64,000 nt of DNA, taken from Octopus vulgaris. Its lineage: Eukaryota. This document shows positions 56,475 through 64,000 of this stretch, piece by piece (positions within the stretch are counted from its first letter, which is position 1; the number at the start of each line of letters is the position of its first letter). The position numbers and the translations under genes are program-made. The stretch is from contig OX597819.1 of NCBI GenBank assembly GCA_951406725.2, positions 3,782,001 to 3,846,000 of the forward strand, read 5' to 3'. The notes under the pieces were generated by a model. That model searched no databases. It worked only from the letters and a program-made list of their open reading frames with translations, and had not been told where the DNA came from.

Positions 56475-56870
56475 CTAGCAGTATCGCCCGGCTAGGCTCG
56501 GGTTTGTAAGGGAAATAACTACATAAGCATTTTTAGAGATGTAAAGTATAATAGCCATCTCAATATGGCTAACCACAAAGGGGGGTGGTGTTACTGTCGC
56601 TTTTTACGTTCTGAGATTTAATAATAAATTTTTAGAGAGTTACTTCCCTTATATATGCCAAAAATACATTAAAAATGGGAAAAATTGATGGTAATTTTTT
56701 TTAAATCGTAGACTCATCGTAGACGTGCGCTAATATCCAGAAGGGCTCGATATGAATCACGACTATAAGATACCCGGTTTTGGTTAAACTGCACCGCAAA
56801 ATGTGGGAGTAGTTAGGAATCTAAATTGTAGGAGACAGACAGCACACAACCTCACTTTCATATATAAAGA
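56475..56870 (-). mobile_element. Non-autonomous Helitron (396 bp)
   Basis: On the minus strand it starts TC(TTTATATAT) and ends with a GC-rich hairpin (plus strand CCCGGC-TAG-GCTCGGG, 56487-56502) followed by CTAG. Sits between A and T with no TSD. Confidence 0.85.
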
Positions 56871-57283
56871 TATAATCTGATACATATTCACACTTATATC
56901 ATCCTATATATATATATATATATATATACATTACAATTTGTAGCGGCGAAAGGTCTGGACGTTGTTTTCTGAGGCTGACCAAAGAATTTTTATTTTTAGA
57001 TATAAGTGATGTACTCAAGTGTAGTTATGTTTTTAGCTTGTGCTTTTTCCATGATCATACGTGAGTATTTTATTTATATCCCATCGAAAGCTCTACTGAA
57101 GAAAGAATATATCTTTTTTATAAGATTAAGTCCGAAATTGATTCAATATAGAGATAACGAAATTAAAATTTTCTAAAGGTTAGTTGCCCGTTTTCAGTTT
57201 CAATTTTCCTGTAACAAGCGGATTATAAGTGGATAAAACAGTGTATTTGGCTTTAGAATAACCCTCTTTAGCCCTTAATTATA

Positions 57284-57284
<1 letters not shown>

Positions 57285-57352
<68 letters not shown>

Positions 57353-57371
57353 CATATATATATATATATAT

Positions 57372-57424
<53 letters not shown>

Positions 57425-57584
57425 CATACATATATATATATATACATACATATATATATATGTATATATATATACTTACATATGTATATATACGTACATA
57501 TATATACATATGTATATATATACATTTATATACATACATATGTATATATACACACATATATATATATATATATACACATATGTA

Positions 57585-57626
<42 letters not shown>

Positions 57627-57665
57627 CACATATGTATATATATATACATATGTATATATATATAC

Positions 57666-57704
<39 letters not shown>

Positions 57705-57797
57705 TATATATATATATATACACATATGTATATACATATATATATATACACATATGTATATATATATATACACATATGTATATATATATATATACAC

Positions 57798-57838
<41 letters not shown>

Positions 57839-57849
57839 TATATATACAC

Positions 57850-57893
<44 letters not shown>
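57285..57893. repeat. About 600 bp (TA)n array with recurring CACATATG interruptions
   Basis: Seen directly. Confidence 0.97.
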
Positions 57894-57897
<4 letters not shown>

Positions 57898-57899
57898 TT

Positions 57900-58269
57900 A
57901 TTCTTTTACTTATTTCAGTCATTTGACTGCTGCCATGCTCAAGCGCACTGCCTTTGGTCGAAAAATCGCCCCCAGAACTTATTCTTGTAAATCTAGTACT
58001 ATTCTATCAGTCTGTTTTGCCGAACCGTTAAGTTACGGGGATGTAATCACACCAACATTGGTTGTCAAGCACAAACACACAAAAACATATATATATATAT
58101 ACATATATATTCACGACGGGCTTCTTTCAGTTTCCGTCTAGCAAATCGACTCACAAGGCTTCGGTCGGCCCGAGGATATTGTAGAAGACACCTGCCCAAG
58201 TTACCACGCAGTGGGAACTGATCCCGGAACCATGTTTGGGAAGCAAGCATCTTACCACACAGCTACTCT

Positions 58270-58275
<6 letters not shown>
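57900..58275 (-). mobile_element. SINE family A
   Basis: tttacttatttcagtcatttgactg...cttaccacacagctactcttgcacc. Confidence 0.88.
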
Positions 58276-58315
<40 letters not shown>

Positions 58316-58357
58316 TCACAATAATTTCTAAACATTTCAAACCCTTTCACTACTTAC

Positions 58358-58497
58358 TTTCATAAAGTCTGTCGTCGTCGCATAGTTTGTTTAATTCCTT
58401 TTGGTTTTGACTTAGGTTTATTAATATTCGAGGTTTTTCCTTCCGGCTACATTTGCTCTTGAAATCTTCAATGCAATTCATACCTCTTTGATAGGAG
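58358..58497 (-). CDS. Internal coding exon A (phase 2 to 1) of an uncharacterised Cys-rich, probably GPI-anchored protein gene
   Basis: Minus strand: acceptor ttctttgattttcttttacAG, 140-nt open exon SYQRGMNCIEDFKSKCSRKEKPRILINLSQNQKELNKLCDDDRLYE+A, donor GTAAGT. The split codon A|AA joins exon B in frame. Confidence 0.88.
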
Positions 58498-58892
58498 CTG
58501 TAAAAGAAAATCAAAGAAATCGGTATATTAGTTAGCATCGCATAAGCATATCACATTTTAAAATATATATGTGGAAATATATTATATAATAAATATAATG
58601 TGGAAATACATTAAGCCCGAGTGGACTGTTGCAGAAATTGGGTAGCATAACAGAAAAGTTAACGAAATTAGCAAAATATTTCAAAAACAATTTGTCATAG
58701 CTAGCTGCTTAAGCTTTTCCCATATTTAACAACCGGTAAACCGCTTGACCAATCGCCTGAAAAGAACCTTCGTTGCTGCTGAATAGCAATAAGACTAAAT
58801 TAAAAAAAAAAAAAAGAAATCAAGGCTACTAAAGAAATTTAAACGTTAATTACTTGTAAAGCTTAAAATATGGAAATAAGTATAATGAGTGC

Positions 58893-59115
58893 GTGGAAAG
58901 AGATGACTTAGTGATTAGGGATGTTGCACTCATGATTGTAAGATTGCACTTTCGATTCCTGAATCGAGTGATGCTTTGTTTTATTCAGCAAAACACTTCA
59001 TTTCATGCTGCTCCAATCCACTCCGCTGGATAATTGAATAATTCTCCGCCGGATCAGTGTCCTGTTTAGGAGGAGAATATATACGCCACACAATCCGAGA
59101 AACCAGCCTTATGTC
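58893..59115 (+). mobile_element. Degraded SINE family C variant
   Basis: gtgg...cttagtgattaggg head; tail gagaatatatacgccac...gaaaccagccttatg similar to the 9229-9405 copy. Confidence 0.65.
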
Positions 59116-59693
59116 TCAGGAGGCACTATTGATTCGTTTTGATACTGAATGTAAGGTACGCAATCGTATTTAGAATCACTAAACGCACAAACTGAACATG
59201 GCATTATACAATTGTTTTTTTCCAAACACATATTTTCAGAAAGAAAGAAAAATATTTTGCATTCGATCATCTTTCGTTCAAAGTGCCCTTTAAGATATTT
59301 CAATATTAACGAATTTCTATGTTGCTGGTAGTTCTTACCGTTTGTTGCATAGTTTTGCTAGCATCATATATATTCATTGTTCTCCAGGATGTTCATCCAA
59401 ATTGTTACACGATCATCTAACTATTTATTCTTTTGTTTTCAAATTTGCATTCACATTTAAGTAAGAACATTTGGCGTTCGATTTTTGCTGTCAAACAATG
59501 ATTAAATCATGAATAAATAATATCGCAGTAGTTGCTTGGGATGGCAGTGGCCGATAGGAATTACCCACAGTAGAGAATTGATAGAAAACAAAACATTTGA
59601 TAAACATACAGTTGAACATTATAGATATATGAAATCGCAGATCTTATTTTTTATCTAGTTTTCTTGTAATGAAGCAACATAGTGTATTCGTAA

Positions 59694-60108
59694 ATGCACC
59701 GGCATGGCTCTGTAGTTAAGAAATTTGCTTCACAACCTCATGGTTTGGTGTTCAGTCTCACTACGTGATACCTAGGGCAAGTATCTTCTACAATAGACCC
59801 GGGCCAGCCAAAGCCTTGTCCGTGGATTTGCTAGACGGAGGCTGAAAGGCCGTCGTATATATGTATATGTGAATACGTGTGTGTGTGTGTGTGTTTGTAT
59901 CTTTGTGTTTGTGGTTCTCCAATACCACAGCTTACAAACCCGTGGTGGTTCCTTTCTATAAACAACGTAAATGTAAACAAGATAAACCGATAGAATGAGT
60001 ATTAAGCTTAAAAACAAGAAGTGAGGTCGATTTGTTCGACTAAATCTTTGAAGGCAGTGCCCCAGCATGGCCTCAGTCCAATGAATGAAGTGAGTAAAAA
60101 ATAAAGAA
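59694..60108 (+). mobile_element. SINE family A, diverged
   Basis: gcatggctctgtagttaagaaatttgcttc...ccagcatggcctcagtccaatga. Confidence 0.85.
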
Positions 60109-60507
60109 TACATAAGTTGAGTTTAGACACTATGATCTGATTCAACGAAAATATGCTATAAAAGTTACCTCTGCTACCATTACTTGCCGCCTTCTCTTTG
60201 AGAGCTGGTTTCAAATGCTGCTTGAATTTTGTTTTACTTCAACAGAGAAGTAAATTTCTATTAATTTAGAATTGATTACGAATGGTATTCTGTGTATCAC
60301 CAACTACACGAACTATTTAAATTCAAACCGTTGGTCTACTTGAGATGCTTTCCTTGGCTCACTTTTTATTATCATGCAAATTACACGACTAGAACATCTT
60401 CGTAAATCTTTTTTTTCTACTTGTAAAATCATTGTTGAATAAAATAGGGTTGAATAGACAACATTATGCTGTCGAGAAGAGCCACTAGAAATGCTTACAC
60501 ACACATA

Positions 60508-61392
60508 CAGAGTGCGATGGGTAAATTGTTGCCCTTTTATATTTTTAATTTCGCGCATGCGTATTGTTTGTTTTGGATTCTATCGACTACAGTATAGTAG
60601 GGTTAGTTGGACACCGTCTGTGAGAAAAACAGCACCATAACGCAATTTACACGGCCAGAAATTTGGAAACGACATGCTGTTCTGCTTGGCATTCGCACCG
60701 GAAGCTCTCAAGCGAATATTTCAAAGTGTTTGTGAGTCAAACTGAGAACAGTGCAATTTGAGGACATGTGCCGAGAGTGGTAAAAATCAAACATGTAGTC
60801 AACATCATGGTGTTTGGACTGATCACTAGTGATGGCGACGCTATGCCTCCATTCATCTTCCCACTCGGCCTTAGACTCACTACTCAGCCCCAGGCTCAAC
60901 ACAGTAACTGGAAGTGGTAGTGCTGCCCTGGAGGATGACTCCTGGAAGACCCTATGTCTGATAATAGGACTCAGCACCATACCACACAAGCAGGAGAAGC
61001 CAGTCGTGGTTGTCAGACAATTTCTGCGACCACATCACCTCTAACATCTGGCCACCTAACTCCCCAGATTGCAATCACCTTGATTATTATGCGTGGGGCA
61101 CAGTTGAGCGAGAGACCAAAAAAACTCTTTGTGACACCAAAGATGAACTGAAGGCAGGGATTATAGCAGGATTCACCAACTTACACAAGGAGACCGTCCA
61201 AAGAGTTGCAAGAGATTCTGAAGTCATCTGGAGGCTATGGTTGAAGCCAATGGCGATTTTATTGAATAAATTTATTCTTTAGTATTTCATGATATTTTTG
61301 TATAAATTTGGTAAATATATCTGTTAAAATGAGATCTCAATGTTATTTTCATTTTTTTGTAATTTAGACGACAATTTATTCACCGAATCCTG
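60508..61392 (+). mobile_element. Tc1/mariner superfamily, maT (DD37D) element, internally deleted and inactive
   Basis: TA on both sides; imperfect TIRs CAGAGTGCGATGGGTAAATTGTTGCC and reverse-complemented CAGGATTCGGTGAATAAATTGTCGTC. Transposase remnant D(60968)SAPYHTS...WPPNSPDCNHLD(61082)YYAWG with exactly 37 residues between the last two Asp. Confidence 0.9.
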
Positions 61393-61470
61393 TATGTATG
61401 TATGTATGTATGTATGTATGTATGTATGTATGTATGTATGTATGTATGTATGTATGCATGTATGTATATA

Positions 61471-61531
<61 letters not shown>

Positions 61532-62532
61532 GTATATATATATACTTCATTAATAAAGCTGCAAAGACATCACAAAAACCAGATTAAGCACATAAATGTG
61601 AGACAAGGTATTCGAATACCGGAGGTAGAGTAATATGCTTTATTAATAAAGCTAGGGAGGATAGCTCTCACACGTTTGCTCACTCACTCACTCACTCACT
61701 CACTCACTCACTCACTTACTCCCTCTATCTTTCTGATCATTTGGGTCCTCTACTATCGCATAATACATCTATTTAAAATGTTAGAAAAGCTTCTGTTACT
61801 ACCCCTGAAAACATGCATGCTCATCATGTTTCAGCACTTCTGATTTCAGACAAAGGAAAAGTTGTCGATTCAAGATGTTGTATCATCCTGCATCAACACA
61901 TTGATATCATCATCTATGTCCGAATATATTTCAATGTATAGAAGTCAACCTTTAATACATATTTTCTCAAACCTGTAAGATGTGAGTTGAAAACATCTTA
62001 GTAAGCAATTCTTAATTGCACGTCGTTCTTGATATAAATGCACTTAGAAGTATCTTGGGATAGAAATTTTAAAAATAAGTCACTATACTGTAGAAAGTCT
62101 GACATAAGGAAACAACAATTAATGCTAAAGACACCATGCCCTGACACTGAACACCGATACGCTGTGTGTTGAAGAAATTTACCACTGTCTGCCTTGAAAA
62201 AAAGAAATATGTTAGCCAGTCGAGAAATTTTTGGAATAGTAGCTCTCCCCAACATGTAAGAATATCTATCACTACTCTCTCACGCTATGAACGCCATCCT
62301 GCTGCCAACTATTCAGTTATCTCTGTTTAGATCTAAAAAACAAGAGCCAAGTGATTTAAAAACATTCATTACCCTTTTCCTTAAACACATCTAGCCCATC
62401 AAAAACTGCTTACATAGAATCAACATTCTAGCTATACATTCATATTCACTTTTTCGCGATTTTTTCTTACCTCTATCAAGTGTTCAGTCAAAAGACATTT
62501 AAATACATCTACCATATTACTGTGCATGATAA

Positions 62533-62743
62533 GGCGGTGAGTTGGTAGAATCATTAACACGTCTGAGCAAAATGCATAGCAGCATTTCGTTCGTCTTTAC
62601 GTACTCAGTTCAAATTCTGCCAGGGACGGCATTGCCTTTCAAGTTTTCGGGGTCGATAAAATAAGCTCCCAGTTGAGCGCTGAAGTCTACATAATCGACT
62701 TGTCTACTCCCCCGAAATTGCTGTCCTTTTGCCCAAATTTAAG
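62533..62743 (+). mobile_element. SINE family B with a long TSD
   Basis: 22-bp duplication accatattactgt(g/a)catgataa at 62511-62532 and 62744-62765. Confidence 0.88.
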
Positions 62744-64000
62744 ACCATATTACTGTACATGATAATAATTATCTTGTATGTACGAATTCCTGGTGAAATG
62801 CATTTAAAAGGAGTTTTGTGCAAAGATCATGGTAGACAATAGTCTCATGCTCCACTCACTCTTTCAAATTATATCACATTCTCAATCTGATTGATTGAAC
62901 TTCTACATTGAACATTGTTATAATAGAAATTTGTTTTCTAGGTTAAATTAAAATATATTGTGTCTTATTTGGTTAGACTGAATGCTAGTAATGAAAACAT
63001 AAAATAGTGGATGTAGGTTTGAACAGAAGCAAAGCAGAAAAAGTGACAGTACATGAGCAATGAAATTGCACGTGTGTAATGCTGAGAAGAAATTTTTGTT
63101 AGATATTAAGTACGAGTAGATGATGTAAAAAAAAAAAGTATAATTGGCAGCGTTTTCGGAACAAATGAGAGAGGACTATTATTCATTAAGTTCTTCAGTA
63201 TGTTGGTTTCTTTAATCCACATAGTTCAGCTTCAGTCCATACCGAAGCAAATTATATAGGTTGCTTTTGTTTTTTGTTTTACTTATTGCTAAATTGCTTT
63301 CATTATCGCTTGTTAAGTATATTTAAATTTTCTTCTTGAATTTCATTTCATCTTCTTCTCGCTTCCTGATAATTTACTACGTTGCAAGCTATAACTACGA
63401 ATACTTCTATATACATAAGTGTGTTTCATATGTTTCGGTTTTGCATACAAATAATGACCAGTTCATTACTCATAAACGACTCAGTGGTGTATGCTGCTGC
63501 GAGAAAAAGGCCTTATATACAATGGATCAGTCCACTACACTTTAAAAAGTATTGTCTGGAAATCGATTTCAGTTGAAATAAATTTATGCGGAGGAGTATT
63601 GTTTTAGCTTGATGCGATGATCTCAAATCCTATTGGTTGGGAGCTGATATCCTGTTTTACGTAAACAACAAACAGACTTGAATATGTTAATAGCTTTCAT
63701 ACAGGATATGTGCTTAAATGAAGCTCTGAAGCCTAATTACACATTATGTAGTATCTTTTATCTTCCTTTTTTCTTTTCCTCATTTCAGACCGCCTTGAAA
63801 CGTTTAGTCAAACAACACAGTACATTTTTTCTAAGCCTGGTGCATACGTATGTACATAATATGTGCCTGTATGCATGCATACATTATGTTACATACATAA
63901 ATATATACATACATGCATTACATTACGTACATAAATTACATAACTTGAGGGTAGGCTTAAAAGTTTATAGGCTGATTATAAAGGAGTGAGGCTTGAGCTG

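Noticed and set aside
57268-58141. Long ORFs of up to 235 aa (YIYI..., THTH..., SIYL... types here and elsewhere)
   Set aside because: They are translations of microsatellites that lack stop codons, not genes.
59325-59420. Minus-strand GTAAG donor upstream of exon A
   Set aside because: The frame needed for a phase-2 join has a TGA shortly upstream and there is no good acceptor.
62069-62200. Possible signal-peptide exon (MVSLALIVVSLCQTFYSI) for the Cys-rich gene
   Set aside because: No convincing donor, and no phase-2-ending Cys exon was found between it and exon A.

Overview
AT-rich, microsatellite-dense animal genomic DNA. The SINE families match my recollection of Octopus (coleoid cephalopod) repeats; the species assignment is an inference. 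Almost all ORFs in the supplied track are translated microsatellites or transposon debris. The main host feature is a spliced minus-strand gene that the ORF track shows only in pieces. Four phase-compatible GT-AG exons (58497-58358, 47208-47079, 45034-44896, 28448-28248) join into about 202 aa of an uncharacterised, internally duplicated Cys-rich protein with a Thr-rich stalk and a hydrophobic, GPI-signal-like C-terminus. Its 5' exons probably lie beyond 64000. Mobile elements include: a decayed Academ-type (transposase + XPG-like nuclease + Cys-rich) DNA transposon with TAG...CTA termini (31870-36332); a DD37D maT transposon (60508-61392); a non-autonomous Helitron and a Helentron-type element; stacked R4/Dong-like LINE remnants beside (TAA)n runs (8.7-13.8 kb); CR1/L2, Penelope and mariner fragments; and three tRNA-derived SINE families. 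The most unusual signal is a Penelope-like repeat carrying a minimal type I hammerhead ribozyme fold whose core has U instead of the conserved A6 in both copies present. No rRNA, genuine tRNA or CRISPR array was seen.
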